From the NCBI GenBank assembly GCA_029974595.1, contig JARKRC010000063.1, forward strand, positions 149,944-213,943: 64,000 bases of DNA, read 5' to 3'. A program made the position numbers and the translations under genes. This DNA comes from Ereboglobus sp. GTDB lineage: Bacteria > Verrucomicrobiota > Verrucomicrobiia > Opitutales > Opitutaceae. Under the pieces are notes generated by a model that saw only the letters and a program-made list of their open reading frames with translations, did not search any database and was not told the origin of the DNA. Every line of letters starts with the position of its first letter. Position 1 is the first letter of the stretch. This document shows, piece by piece, positions 19,643 through 29,881 of the stretch.

Positions 19643-20755
19643 ATGGCTTTCAATTTGCAAAAGGTGCTTCGCGCACTCCTGTTTTCCTCCAGCCAGGCAC
19701 TCTCCATCAAGGATGTGCAGGATATTTTTGCACGTTTTCACGAACAGGCGCCTCCCGCAGTCGAAAACGAGGAGGTGCTGTCGCCATTGACCGTGCCGGC
19801 TGCCGGAGCGGAACCCGGCGCCGAAATCGGGGAGGATGCGGAGCAAAGCGCAGAAAATTCCGGGGCGCCCGCTGCGGAACGCGAACCCGAACCGGACCCC
19901 GAAGCGCCGTCCTTGAAACCAGCCGGACTGCCTCCCGCGCAATCCGTGCAGGACGGCCAATCCGACGAAACCGGAAACGCAACGCCTGCTTCCGAAGCGC
20001 CGTCCCTTGACGGGCAGGTTGAGGAGCAGGCGGAAATCGCGGCGCAATCGCCGGAGGACACCGACGCGGAGCTTTACCAGGACGTGCCATCGCTCATCAC
20101 CGCCGCGCAGATTCGCGAGGCGATGGACGCGATTGCCGCCGAATTGCGCGCATCGGATGGCATCTACATTCTCGTGGAAGGCCCGGCCGGCTACCGCCTG
20201 ATGACCCATCCGCGTTACGCCCGCTGGATTCGCATCATGCGCGACGAAGCGCCGCCCGTGAAACTCACGCAATCGGCGCTCGAAACGCTCGCCGTCGTTG
20301 CCTACCGCCAGCCGGTCACCCGCAGCGAAATCGAGTCGATCCGCGGCGTTTCCGCCGAGGCGGGCCTGAACAAATTGATCGAGCGCGAACTCGTTTACAT
20401 CACGGGCCGCGCCGATTTGCCCGGACGTCCGCTGCAATACGGCACGACGGACAAGTTCCTCGAATTTGTGGGCGTCAAATCGCTCGTCGAATTGCCCGCG
20501 TCGGACATTCTCACGCCGCGCCAGATCGACGCGTGGCTGCAGAACTCCACGAAGATCACGCCGCCTTCCGACGCCGAGATGGGCCTGCCGCTCGAAGAGG
20601 GCGAATCGCCGAATCTCGCCAGCGTTTCAGTCGTCCATACCGAGGCGCCGTTTGAAACGACGGCGGGCGCTGAAACCGTTTCGCCTGCGCCGGAGCCGCA
20701 AGCCGATGCGCCCGGTCAGTCCGCCGCCGAAGAAACACCTGAAAAAGCCGAATAA
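19643..20755 (+). CDS. scpB: segregation and condensation protein B
   Basis: ScpB winged-helix regions (SALETLAVVAYRQPVTRSEIESIRGV, GRPLQYGTTDKFLEFVG). An acidic, Pro-rich insertion of about 110 aa follows the first ~33 residues. Confidence 0.85.
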   Translation: MAFNLQKVLRALLFSSSQALSIKDVQDIFARFHEQAPPAVENEEVLSPLTVPAAGAEPGAEIGEDAEQSAENSGAPAAEREPEPDPEAPSLKPAGLPPAQSVQDGQSDETGNATPASEAPSLDGQVEEQAEIAAQSPEDTDAELYQDVPSLITAAQIREAMDAIAAELRASDGIYILVEGPAGYRLMTHPRYARWIRIMRDEAPPVKLTQSALETLAVVAYRQPVTRSEIESIRGVSAEAGLNKLIERELVYITGRADLPGRPLQYGTTDKFLEFVGVKSLVELPASDILTPRQIDAWLQNSTKITPPSDAEMGLPLEEGESPNLASVSVVHTEAPFETTAGAETVSPAPEPQADAPGQSAAEETPEKAE

Positions 20756-20768
20756 TAATTCCCGCACC

Positions 20769-21845
20769 ATGGACCTCACCCCGTTTCGCGAAAAAATCGA
20801 CCTCATCGACCGCCAGCTCGTCGACCTGATCAACCAGCGCCTCGCGTTTGCCTCCGAGATTGGCAAAGCCAAGCGCAGCGTCGGCGGCAAAATCTACGTC
20901 GCCGAACGCGAGGCCGAGGTGCTGCGCAAAGTCACCTCGCTCAACAGCGGCCCGATAAAAAACGAAGCGCTCAAGGCGATTTACTGCGAAATCATGTCGG
21001 CGGCCATCGCGCTTGAAAAGCCGATGATGGTCGCCTACCTCGGGCCTGAATCGACAAACAGCCACCAGGCGGCGATCAAGAAATTCGGCTCCAGCGTGGA
21101 CTATCACGCCATGTCCACCTTCGCGGATATTTTCACTGCGGTGGAAAAAAAGGAGGCCGACTACGGAATCATCCCCATTGAAAATTCGACCGACGGCTCC
21201 GTGCGCGACGCACTCGACCAGTTTGTCACCTCCGAGCTGAAAATCGTGGCGCAGCTTTACATGGAAATTTCCTACTGCCTGATCACGAACGAGCCGCTCG
21301 ACAGCATCAAGAAAGTGTATTCGAAGGACCAGGCGCTTGCGCAATGCCGCCTCTGGCTCCAGCGCCATCTCTCGCACGCCGAGCTTTGCGATGCGCCCAG
21401 CACCGCGCGCGCCGTTCAGATCGCCTCCGAGCAGCCCGGCGTGGCCGCGGTCGCCAACGAGCTCGCCTCCGTGCGCTACGGCGTCCCCGTGCTCGCGCGC
21501 AACATCGAGGACAAGGCGAACAACATGACGCGCTTCTTCGTGATCGGGCGGGAACCGTCCGGCCGCGTCGGCAGCGGCCGCGACATGACGAGCCTGCTTG
21601 TGTCGCTCGACGAAAGCGCGGCGCTTCACTCGGGCACGCTCCTGAAGATGGTCGAGCCGCTTTCGAGGCGCGGGATCAATCTTACAAAAATCGAGTCGCG
21701 CCCGAGCCGCCGCAAGGCCTGGGACTATTATTTCTACATCGACGTCGGCGGCCATTTCGACGACCCCGCCATGCGCGAGGCCATCGCCGAGATGCGCCAG
21801 TATTGCGCCATGGTGAAATGGCTCGGCAGCTACCCGATGGTGTGA
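20769..21845 (+). CDS. pheA: bifunctional chorismate mutase / prephenate dehydratase
   Basis: Chorismate mutase domain (REKIDLIDRQLVDLINQR), prephenate dehydratase domain (NMTRFFVIG), and ACT domain (KIESRPSRR). Confidence 0.9.
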   Translation: MDLTPFREKIDLIDRQLVDLINQRLAFASEIGKAKRSVGGKIYVAEREAEVLRKVTSLNSGPIKNEALKAIYCEIMSAAIALEKPMMVAYLGPESTNSHQAAIKKFGSSVDYHAMSTFADIFTAVEKKEADYGIIPIENSTDGSVRDALDQFVTSELKIVAQLYMEISYCLITNEPLDSIKKVYSKDQALAQCRLWLQRHLSHAELCDAPSTARAVQIASEQPGVAAVANELASVRYGVPVLARNIEDKANNMTRFFVIGREPSGRVGSGRDMTSLLVSLDESAALHSGTLLKMVEPLSRRGINLTKIESRPSRRKAWDYYFYIDVGGHFDDPAMREAIAEMRQYCAMVKWLGSYPMV

Positions 21846-21968
21846 CGGCGAAAACGGCTGGCGAAGGCCGGTCATTTCACGTCTTTTTGAAACTTCCGCT
21901 GCGCCCGGGTTGATTTGTGTTTTTCCGCATTGCGGCGCGGCGCGGTTTGCGCGTTTTATTGCCGAACC

Positions 21969-23318
21969 ATGCGCATTTTAATCGTCGATGATGATGCCAG
22001 CATCCGAAAAACGACCGGGATGGCGGTCGAGTTCATGGGGCACAAGGCGGAGACGGCCCCGGGCGGCCCGCGCGCCCTCAGGATGCTCGAAGAGGATCCG
22101 TGCGACGTGTGCTTCCTCGACGTGAACCTGGGCGGCGAAAACGGGCTCGATCTGCTGGATAAAATCCTGAAGGCGCAACCGGGGATCGTGGTCGTGCTGT
22201 TCACCGCGTATGCGAATATCAGCACCGCGGTGGAGGCGATGCGGCGCGGGGCGTTTGATTTTATTCCGAAGCCGTTCACGCCGGACCAGATCAGGCAGGT
22301 GCTGGGCAAGATCGAGCGGGAGCGCAAACTGGAGCAGCGCGTGCGCGTGCTCGAGGCGCAGATCACGTCGGAGTCGGGCGTGATCACTTTCGAGTCCGTG
22401 GAGCCGGCGATGCAGCGCGCGGCGCAAATCGTGTTCAAGGCCGCGGAGACGCCGGCGACGATCCTGCTGCTCGGCCCGAGCGGGACGGGCAAGAGCGTGC
22501 TGGCGCGGGAGATTCACCGGCGCGGCGCGCAGCGCGACGGCGCGTTTGTCACGGTGAACTGCCCGAGCCTGTCGCGGGAGCTGCTCGAAAGCGAATTGTT
22601 CGGCCATGTGAAGGGATCGTTCACCGGCGCGGTCGGCGACACGATGGGCAAGGTGGCCGCGGCCGACGGCGGGACGCTGTTTCTCGACGAGATCGGCGAG
22701 CTGCCGCTGGAGATCCAGCCGAAGCTGCTGCGGCTGCTCCAGGAGCGCGAATATGAGCGGGTGGGCGAGCCGAAGGTGCGCCGCGCCAATGTGCGCGTGA
22801 TCGCGGCGACGAATCGCGATCTTGAAGCCGAGGTGAAGGCGGGAAAGTTCCGCGAGGATTTGTTTTACCGACTCAATGTAATCAATGTCACGCTGCCGCC
22901 GTTGCGCGAGCGTCCGGGCGATTTGATGCAACTGGCAAACGATGCGCTGCGGTTTTTCGGCGACGGCATGGGCAAGCGCATCAAGGGGTTTGCGCCCGAG
23001 GTGCGGGAGGCGTTTGTGCGTTACGAGTGGCCGGGCAACTTGCGCGAATTGCGCAATGTGATCGAACGCGCGGTGATTCTCTCGTCGGGCGGGGAGATCG
23101 TGATGGCGGATTTGCCGGAGCAATTCTCGGCCCGTTGCGGCTCCGGCGCGCAGGTGGGTGCGCGCCTCACGCTCGAAGCGCTGGAAAACGAGCACATACG
23201 GCGGATCATCGCCTCGTCGAAAAGCCTGGAGGAGGCGGCGCGCACGCTGGGCATCGACCCGGCGACGCTCTATCGCAAGCGCCAGAAGATGGCCGGGGCG
23301 CAGGGCGCGGCGGGCTGA
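21969..23318 (+). CDS. sigma54-dependent response regulator
   Basis: Receiver domain (MRILIVDDD), AAA+ motifs (GPSGTGKS, ESELFGHVKGSFTGA), and a C-terminal HTH. Confidence 0.9.
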   Translation: MRILIVDDDASIRKTTGMAVEFMGHKAETAPGGPRALRMLEEDPCDVCFLDVNLGGENGLDLLDKILKAQPGIVVVLFTAYANISTAVEAMRRGAFDFIPKPFTPDQIRQVLGKIERERKLEQRVRVLEAQITSESGVITFESVEPAMQRAAQIVFKAAETPATILLLGPSGTGKSVLAREIHRRGAQRDGAFVTVNCPSLSRELLESELFGHVKGSFTGAVGDTMGKVAAADGGTLFLDEIGELPLEIQPKLLRLLQEREYERVGEPKVRRANVRVIAATNRDLEAEVKAGKFREDLFYRLNVINVTLPPLRERPGDLMQLANDALRFFGDGMGKRIKGFAPEVREAFVRYEWPGNLRELRNVIERAVILSSGGEIVMADLPEQFSARCGSGAQVGARLTLEALENEHIRRIIASSKSLEEAARTLGIDPATLYRKRQKMAGAQGAAG

Positions 23319-23348
23319 CGATCGTGTATTTGCCATTCGGATACGACT

Positions 23349-25166
23349 TTGGGAACCATGCTGCGCAACAAACTCTACCTCGGCCTGCTGCCCCTGCTCG
23401 CGCTCCTGATCCTGGTGGGCGTGGCGGGGATTTTTGTCAGCCGGGACATTGCCAGCTCGAGCAGCGAAAAAATCAGCCGCGGCTACTCGGTGATGATGGC
23501 CGGGCACGACATGCGCGAGGCGGCGGGCGGGATGGCGGCGGCCATGCACGCGGCGCTGCGCGGGCGCGAGCTCGAGGCGCGCCCGGTGTTTGAGGAGCAT
23601 CGGGGGCGTTTCAAGCGCGCGCTGATGGCGGAGTCGTTTGCGGCGGCGGGCACGGGACGCGGCGAGGCGGTCGGTCGGGTTTCGGATGCATTCGATCGTT
23701 TCGAGTCGGTCGGCGCGTCGCTGGTGTCGGTCACGGCGGAGCGGGAGCGGGCCGGTTATGACGAGGTGGAAGGCGCGTATTTCGGCGTGCTCCATTCGCT
23801 GGACGAATTGTTGCGGATGGATTCGCGCGTGATGCAGGTGGAGTCGCAGCGCGTGGAAGGCATCGCGCGCGTGAGCATCGGCGTGCTCGTTGCCGTGATC
23901 CTGGCGGGCATCGCCCTGTCGGTGCTGCTGGCGTTCGCGCTTGCGCGGATGCTGATCGGGCCGATCAGCGCGCTGACACGGTCGGCCAGGGCGCTCGGCG
24001 AGGGGAACCTCGACAACAACGTCCCCGTGACATCGCGCGACGAGCTTGGCCAGCTTGCCCGGACTTTCAACACGATGGCAGCGCGCCTGCGCGAATACCG
24101 CGACGCGATGGCGGCCCGCGTGGTGCGCGCGCAACGCACGATGGAGGCCACGCTCACATCGACGCCCGACCCGCTCTTCATCGTTTCGCAAAACGGCGAG
24201 CCCGCCATCCGCAATCCCGCCGCGGACAAACTCGCCGTGCTGCCCGAGTTCGCGAACGGTTTTCCTGAGCCGCTCAACACCCGCGTGGAGGAGGTGCTGC
24301 GCACGCGGGAGCACTTTCTGCCCGCCGGCTACGACCAGGTCATCCAGGTGGCGGTGGACCATGACGAGCGTTTTTATCTGCCCCGCATCCTCTCGATCAG
24401 CGACAAGCTCACGGGGCAGGGGAGCGCGGCGATTTTGTTGCAGGACGTGACCAAGTTCCGCCTCCTCGACGACGCGAAGAACAACCTCGTGGGCACCGTG
24501 AGCCACGAATTGAAAACGCCCCTCACGAGCTTGCGCATGGCCGTGTATTTGCTGCTCGAACAAAACACCGGCGCGCTCACGCCCCCGCAGCGCGACCTGC
24601 TCGAAACCGCGCGCGACGATGCGGACCGGCTCCTGCGCATCCTCAACGACATTCTCGACCTCGCTCGCATCGAAAGCGGCGCCGCGGCGATCAGCCGCCG
24701 CGAAGTGGAGATCGGCCCGCTTTTCGAGGAAATGGCGCGAGAGATGCGCCCGATCATCGCCGGTGCCGGGCAGGGCATCGTCCTCCGCGTCGATCCCGCC
24801 GCGGGCATCGATGGAAAGGTCTTTCTCGATCCCGAGCGCATCCGGCACGTTTTTATCAACCTCCTCGGCAACGCGTCGAAATACACGCCGGAGGGCGGAC
24901 GGATCGAACTCTACGCCCTGCCGGGCGACACGCCGGGCGAGGTGCGTTTCGGCGTGCGCGACAACGGCGCGGGCATTGCCGCGAAAGACGTGCCCTATGT
25001 GTTTCAAAAATTCTATCGCGCGCCGGGACAGGCGCGCAAAGGCGCCGGCCTCGGCCTCTCCATCGCCCGCGAAATCGTGCTCGCCCACGGAGGCGCCATC
25101 GCCTGCGCGAGCAGGCCGGGCGAGGGGAGCGATTTTTATTTCACGCTTCCGCCCCGCCAGAATTGA
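23349..25166 (+). CDS. sensor histidine kinase (HAMP-HisKA-HATPase)
   Basis: Two TM segments, a HAMP domain, H-box SHELKTPLTS, N-box NLLGNASKYT, and G-boxes DNGAGI and GAGLGLSI. It lies directly downstream of the response regulator. Confidence 0.9.
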   Translation: MGTMLRNKLYLGLLPLLALLILVGVAGIFVSRDIASSSSEKISRGYSVMMAGHDMREAAGGMAAAMHAALRGRELEARPVFEEHRGRFKRALMAESFAAAGTGRGEAVGRVSDAFDRFESVGASLVSVTAERERAGYDEVEGAYFGVLHSLDELLRMDSRVMQVESQRVEGIARVSIGVLVAVILAGIALSVLLAFALARMLIGPISALTRSARALGEGNLDNNVPVTSRDELGQLARTFNTMAARLREYRDAMAARVVRAQRTMEATLTSTPDPLFIVSQNGEPAIRNPAADKLAVLPEFANGFPEPLNTRVEEVLRTREHFLPAGYDQVIQVAVDHDERFYLPRILSISDKLTGQGSAAILLQDVTKFRLLDDAKNNLVGTVSHELKTPLTSLRMAVYLLLEQNTGALTPPQRDLLETARDDADRLLRILNDILDLARIESGAAAISRREVEIGPLFEEMAREMRPIIAGAGQGIVLRVDPAAGIDGKVFLDPERIRHVFINLLGNASKYTPEGGRIELYALPGDTPGEVRFGVRDNGAGIAAKDVPYVFQKFYRAPGQARKGAGLGLSIAREIVLAHGGAIACASRPGEGSDFYFTLPPRQN

Positions 25167-25283
25167 CCGGATGCGGCGCTTTTGCGCCCTCCTTTCCCGG
25201 AAACGGCCAAATAAGAGTTGTCACGGCATGAGTTCCGGTTGAAAACATCAGGCGACCACACCTACAAAACCAAAGTAATATTG

Positions 25284-25964
25284 ATGGCCAACTCGTTTCC
25301 CAATGCCGGCGGACCAAACCGCGGCTCCTACTACAGACGCACGAACAACGATCCGTTCGCGAGCATTCGCCGTAATCACCGCATCAAAGCCCCGCAGGCC
25401 CGGGTCATCAGCCCCGAAGGCAAGCAACTAGGGATCATGCCCACCGAAAAGGCGCTGCAACTTGCCACGCAGGTCGGCCTCGATCTCGTCGAGATCGCAC
25501 CCAACGCGCAGCCCCCCGTATGCCGCATCATGGACTTTGGCAAATACGTCTATGAGGAGCAGAAAAAAAGTTCCCACTCCAAGGCCACCGCGGGCAAGGT
25601 GAAGGAAATCGAATTCACCGCGCGCATCGCCGGCAACGACTTCCTGACGAAACTCCGCCACGCGGAGCAATTCCTCAACACCGGCAACAAGGTGAAGCTC
25701 CGCCTCAAATTCCGCGGACGCGAGCTCGCGCACCCCGAACTCGGCTTCGAGATCATCAACAAAGCGCTCGCCGAACTTGCCAGCATGGGCCACCCGGACT
25801 CCGAGCCCAGGCTTCTCGGCAAGCAGATCAACGTGATGCTCACGCCCCTGCCCGCAAACAAGCGCAAACCCAAGTTCCTGCGGCCCGACGATGATGAAGA
25901 AGACATCCCCGACGATTCTGCGTCCTCCGCCGACGATGACGGCGATGATGACGAGAAAGCGTAA
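25284..25964 (+). CDS. infC: translation initiation factor IF-3
   Basis: IF-3 core (RIKAPQARVISPEGKQLGIM, VCRIMDFGKY). The start is uncertain, since IF-3 genes often use non-ATG starts. The C-terminal tail is acidic. Confidence 0.85.
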   Translation: MANSFPNAGGPNRGSYYRRTNNDPFASIRRNHRIKAPQARVISPEGKQLGIMPTEKALQLATQVGLDLVEIAPNAQPPVCRIMDFGKYVYEEQKKSSHSKATAGKVKEIEFTARIAGNDFLTKLRHAEQFLNTGNKVKLRLKFRGRELAHPELGFEIINKALAELASMGHPDSEPRLLGKQINVMLTPLPANKRKPKFLRPDDDEEDIPDDSASSADDDGDDDEKA

Positions 25965-25998
25965 GGGAATCCCGGGGCAAACGCAGTTGCGCGCGCGC

Positions 25999-27174
25999 AT
26001 GACAATGCCCGCAAAAGGCGTCGCGCGCATCGCGCTTCTTGCGTGCCTCTGCCTCTTTTTCGCCGCGCAAATCACGGCGCGCGGCCAGGACGCAAGCCGC
26101 CCGCTCAGCCCGCCCACGCGTCCCCCGACTTCGCGCCCGACCCAGCCTGGCGCCGCCGCGAGCTCGGCTTCCGCGCCGACAGCTCCGCGCGCCATCCAGC
26201 CCAGGCAAACCAAGGCTCCCGCGCCCGCCGCTCCGTCGAGCGGCGCATCGTCCGTCAAGCTCGGCGGGCTCGATTACATCAAGCTGGTCGATTTTGCGAA
26301 AAAACTCGGCTGTTCGGCGAGGTGGAAAAAAGCAGGGGAGCGGCTCACCGTGACAAAAGGCCCGCAACGCATCGAGTTCACCGGCGACTCCCGCGATTTT
26401 TATGTCAACGGCATCCGCGTTTTCGCCGGTTCGGCGATCCGCATCCACAGAGGCAGTCTCTGGATCAGCCGCATCGATGCCGACAATATCCTCGCGCCCA
26501 TCGTGGACCCCTCGCTTGGCCGCGCCGCCGTTGTGCCGTTGAAAGTGATCGCGATCGACGCCGGGCACGGCGGCATTGACAAAGGCAAGATCAACGAACG
26601 CCTGAAAGTTTACGAAAAAACCTTCACGCTCGACACGGCGCTGCGACTCAAGGCCTTGCTCGAAAAGCGCGGCTATAAGGTGGTGATGACCCGTTTGATC
26701 GACAAAAAAGTCGAGCTTGCGGATCGCCCCGAAATCGCCGCGAACGCCGGCGCGGATTTGTTTGTCAGCATCCATTTCAACTCGGTCGAGGCCGGCGCGC
26801 AAAGCGTGAGCGGCGCCGAGGTTTACCGCTTCACGCCGCGCTACCAGCCTCCGGTTTCGCGCTCGGAAGCAAACGCCGAGGACAAACTCGCGAATCCCGG
26901 CGATGCGAATGCTTTTTGGAGCGCCGTCGCCGCATACAACATCCACCGGGCTCTTCTCGCTGACCTGAAAGTGCCGGATCGCGGTTTCAAGCATCACAAA
27001 TTCGCCGTGCTCCGGCTCGCGAAATGCCCCGCCGTCCTGATTGAGGCCGGTTTTTTGTCGAACGATGCCGAGGCGCGCAAAATCGCCACGCCCGAGTATC
27101 GCCAGAAAATCGCGGAGGCCATCGCCGACGGCATCGGGGCTTACGCGGCCGCCGTGGCCGCCGCGCAGAAATAG
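25999..27174 (+). CDS. N-acetylmuramoyl-L-alanine amidase
   Basis: Signal peptide, then Amidase_3 motifs IAIDAGHGGIDKG, ADLFVSIHFNS, VLIEAGFLSN. Confidence 0.85.
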   Translation: MTMPAKGVARIALLACLCLFFAAQITARGQDASRPLSPPTRPPTSRPTQPGAAASSASAPTAPRAIQPRQTKAPAPAAPSSGASSVKLGGLDYIKLVDFAKKLGCSARWKKAGERLTVTKGPQRIEFTGDSRDFYVNGIRVFAGSAIRIHRGSLWISRIDADNILAPIVDPSLGRAAVVPLKVIAIDAGHGGIDKGKINERLKVYEKTFTLDTALRLKALLEKRGYKVVMTRLIDKKVELADRPEIAANAGADLFVSIHFNSVEAGAQSVSGAEVYRFTPRYQPPVSRSEANAEDKLANPGDANAFWSAVAAYNIHRALLADLKVPDRGFKHHKFAVLRLAKCPAVLIEAGFLSNDAEARKIATPEYRQKIAEAIADGIGAYAAAVAAAQK

Positions 27175-27240
27175 CCATTTCCGGCGCGCCCGTGAACCTC
27201 GTGCTTGCCCCGCCGCGTTTGCATCGCCCTAGTTGGATGC

Positions 27241-28380
27241 ATGACCCTTCAACGCACGCCCCTCTTTGATTTCCATGTCGCGCACGGCGGGCGCATGGTT
27301 GATTTCGCCGGATGGGAAATGCCCGTCCAATACAGGAGCATCCTCGACGAGCACAAGGCCGTGCGGCGTGCCGCCGGACTTTTCGACGTGAGCCACATGG
27401 GCGAGGTCGATGTGCGCGGCGCGGATGCGTCCGCGTTTTTGCAGCGCATCGTCACGAACGACCTCTCGAAAATGACGCCGGGCCGCATCGTGTATTCGCC
27501 GATGTGCTACCCCGGCGGCGGGGTCGTTGACGACCTTCTCATCTACAAGCGCGGCGACGCGGACTATTTTCTCTGCATCAACGCGGGCAATATCGGCAAG
27601 GACCTCGACTGGATTGCCGAGCAATCGGTCAGCCTCCGCAAACCGTGCGGCTCGCGTTATGACGTGACCATCGCCAACCGTTCCGCCGAATGCGCGCTGC
27701 TCGCGATCCAGGGCCCGCGCGCCCTCGAAATCGCGCAGTCTCTCACACCCGGCTTCGCCCTCGGTTCGATCAAATACTATCACTTCGCCGAAAACGTCGA
27801 TGTGGCCGGCGTGCGTTGCATCGCAAGCCGCACCGGCTACACGGGCGAGGACGGATTTGAATTCTACCACGACCCGTCCGCCGCGCCGAAACTGGTGGAA
27901 GCGCTCCTTGCCGCGGGCGCGCCGTCGGGCCTCGAACTCGCCGGACTCGGCGCGCGCGACAGCCTTCGCCTCGAAGCCGGCTTCCCGCTTTACGGGCACG
28001 AAATCACTGCGGACATTTCCCCGCTCACCGCCGGGCTCGACTGGACTGTGAAGTTGAAAAAGGAAGGCGGTTTTGTCGGCTGCGAATCGCTCGCGGCGGA
28101 GCTTGCCGCCCGGGAGCACGGCGACACGTCCCTCAGGAAAGTGATCTTTTTCAAAACCGGTGACCGTCGCATTGTGCGCGCCGGCGCGGCGGTGCTCGAC
28201 GCATCCGGCGCAAAAATCGGGGATGTGCTCTCGGGCACGCTCTCGCCGGTGCTCAACGAAGCAATCGGCTCCGCGCTCGTTCCCCGGCGCCTCGCGGATG
28301 CCGCGCTCTTCACCGACATACGCGGCGCAAAAATCGCCCTCCAGCCCGTCAAGCCTCCTTTTGTTCAACCAAAGAAATAA
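27241..28380 (+). CDS. gcvT: glycine cleavage system aminomethyltransferase T
   Basis: N-terminus MTLQRTPLFDFHVAHGGRMVDFAGWEMPVQY and a GcvT fold throughout. Confidence 0.95.
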   Translation: MTLQRTPLFDFHVAHGGRMVDFAGWEMPVQYRSILDEHKAVRRAAGLFDVSHMGEVDVRGADASAFLQRIVTNDLSKMTPGRIVYSPMCYPGGGVVDDLLIYKRGDADYFLCINAGNIGKDLDWIAEQSVSLRKPCGSRYDVTIANRSAECALLAIQGPRALEIAQSLTPGFALGSIKYYHFAENVDVAGVRCIASRTGYTGEDGFEFYHDPSAAPKLVEALLAAGAPSGLELAGLGARDSLRLEAGFPLYGHEITADISPLTAGLDWTVKLKKEGGFVGCESLAAELAAREHGDTSLRKVIFFKTGDRRIVRAGAAVLDASGAKIGDVLSGTLSPVLNEAIGSALVPRRLADAALFTDIRGAKIALQPVKPPFVQPKK

Positions 28381-28389
28381 CCAATCACC

Positions 28390-28773
28390 ATGAGCAACAT
28401 CCCCCAGGATCTCAAATACGCGCAATCACACGAATGGCTGCGCCTCGGCGCCGACGGCATCGCGACCATCGGCATCACCGACTACGCGCAAGGCAGCCTC
28501 GGCGACATCACCTACGTGCAGCTGCCGAAAGCAGGCGCGAGCCTCAAGGCCGGCGAAAGTTTCGGCGTCGTGGAATCCGTGAAGGCCGCGTCCGATCTCT
28601 ACGCGCCCGTGGCCGGCACGGTTGTCGAGGTGAATGCCGCGCTCGATGCCTCGCCCGAATTGGTGAACCAGTCGCCCTTCGCCGGCGGCTGGATGCTCAA
28701 ACTCAAGGTGGCGGACGCCGCGGACACCGCATCGTTGCTCGCCGCGGACGCCTACGCGAAGCACACCGCCTGA
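28390..28773 (+). CDS. gcvH: glycine cleavage system H protein
   Basis: Lipoyl-lysine motif VESVKAASD. It is 127 aa and adjacent to gcvT. Confidence 0.95.
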   Translation: MSNIPQDLKYAQSHEWLRLGADGIATIGITDYAQGSLGDITYVQLPKAGASLKAGESFGVVESVKAASDLYAPVAGTVVEVNAALDASPELVNQSPFAGGWMLKLKVADAADTASLLAADAYAKHTA

Positions 28774-28874
28774 GGCTGCGCCGGAAACGACGCAGTCCGG
28801 CCCGCGTCTCGAAACATCGGGCTTCCCTCCCGTCAATTCGTGGTTAAACAACTGCGCAATAAACACACGCATTC

Positions 28875-29861
28875 ATGATCCGCTCCCTCATATTCAGCGA
28901 AGGCAAACTCGTGGGCCGCGACCTCGAAGTCGAGGCTCTCCGCCTCGTGCGCGCGGACAGGGGGCTCGTGATATGGGTTGACCTCGAAGACCCGACGGAC
29001 GACGAGACAAAATCCATCCTCGAAGGCGTTTTCCAGTTTCACCCGCTCGCCATCGAGGACTGCGTTTCGCCCAGCTCGCTCCCGAAGATCGAGGACTACG
29101 AGGATTATTTCTTCATGGTCGCCCACTGCGTGGACCCGACGCGTATTGAAAAATTCAATACAACCGAGCTGAATCTCTTCCTCGGGCGCGATTTCCTGGT
29201 CACGTTTCACCGCGCCAGGATGCACATCGTGCAGACCGTGATCGAGCGCAGCGCGCGCACGATCGGCGCCGCGATCGCGCGCGGCCCGGACCGCCTCGCG
29301 CATTTTCTCCTCGATGCGCTCATCGACAACTTCAAGCCCGTCACCGATGAGCTCCACAGCGAGCTTGAGCAGATCGAGGAGGACGTCCTCTCCGAGGAGA
29401 AAAACCCGAAGCACACCCCGAATCTCATTTCGAAGCTGCTCGAAGTGCGCTCCGAGATCAACCACCTGCGCCAGATCATCCGTCCGCTGCGCGACGTCGT
29501 CAGCCGCCTCACGATGGGCGACAACAAGAACATACGCGCTGTCACGCTGCCCTATTTTCGCGACCTTCGCGACAACCTGATCCGGGTTGACGAAACCGCC
29601 GCCAGCTATGCCGACCAGCTGCTCATCTCGTTCGACCTTTACCTGAGCAAGTCCGATTTCCAGGCCAACGAAGGCATCAAGACGCTCACCGCGCTCACCG
29701 CGCTCACGCTGCCCGCCACGCTTGTAGGCACCTGGTATGGCATGAATTTTGAAAACATGCCCGAGCTCAAGTCGCCGCTCGGCTATCCGGTCGCGATCAT
29801 CGTCACCATGCTGCTCACCGCGGCCATGTGGTTCTGGTGCAAACGCCGCCGCTGGATCTGA
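28875..29861 (+). CDS. corA: magnesium/cobalt transporter CorA (paralog 1)
   Basis: C-terminal YGMNFENMPEL motif and two TM helices. Confidence 0.9.
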   Translation: MIRSLIFSEGKLVGRDLEVEALRLVRADRGLVIWVDLEDPTDDETKSILEGVFQFHPLAIEDCVSPSSLPKIEDYEDYFFMVAHCVDPTRIEKFNTTELNLFLGRDFLVTFHRARMHIVQTVIERSARTIGAAIARGPDRLAHFLLDALIDNFKPVTDELHSELEQIEEDVLSEEKNPKHTPNLISKLLEVRSEINHLRQIIRPLRDVVSRLTMGDNKNIRAVTLPYFRDLRDNLIRVDETAASYADQLLISFDLYLSKSDFQANEGIKTLTALTALTLPATLVGTWYGMNFENMPELKSPLGYPVAIIVTMLLTAAMWFWCKRRRWI

Positions 29862-29881
29862 ACCTCGCACACGGGAAGCCC

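Noticed and set aside
21978-25088. Very long antisense ORFs: 1036 aa at 21978..25088(-), and likewise 2153..4324(-), 5293..7101(-), 16081..17637(-), 41464..43344(+), 58601..60577(+) and 44580..46250(-).
   Set aside because: Each lies opposite a gene with clear family motifs. Their translations are Arg/Ala/Gly/His-rich low-complexity strings, typical of stop-codon-poor shadow frames in high-GC DNA.
27175-27240. Possible glycine riboswitch upstream of gcvT.
   Set aside because: Only ~66 nt of spacer are available, and no conserved glycine-aptamer motifs are visible.
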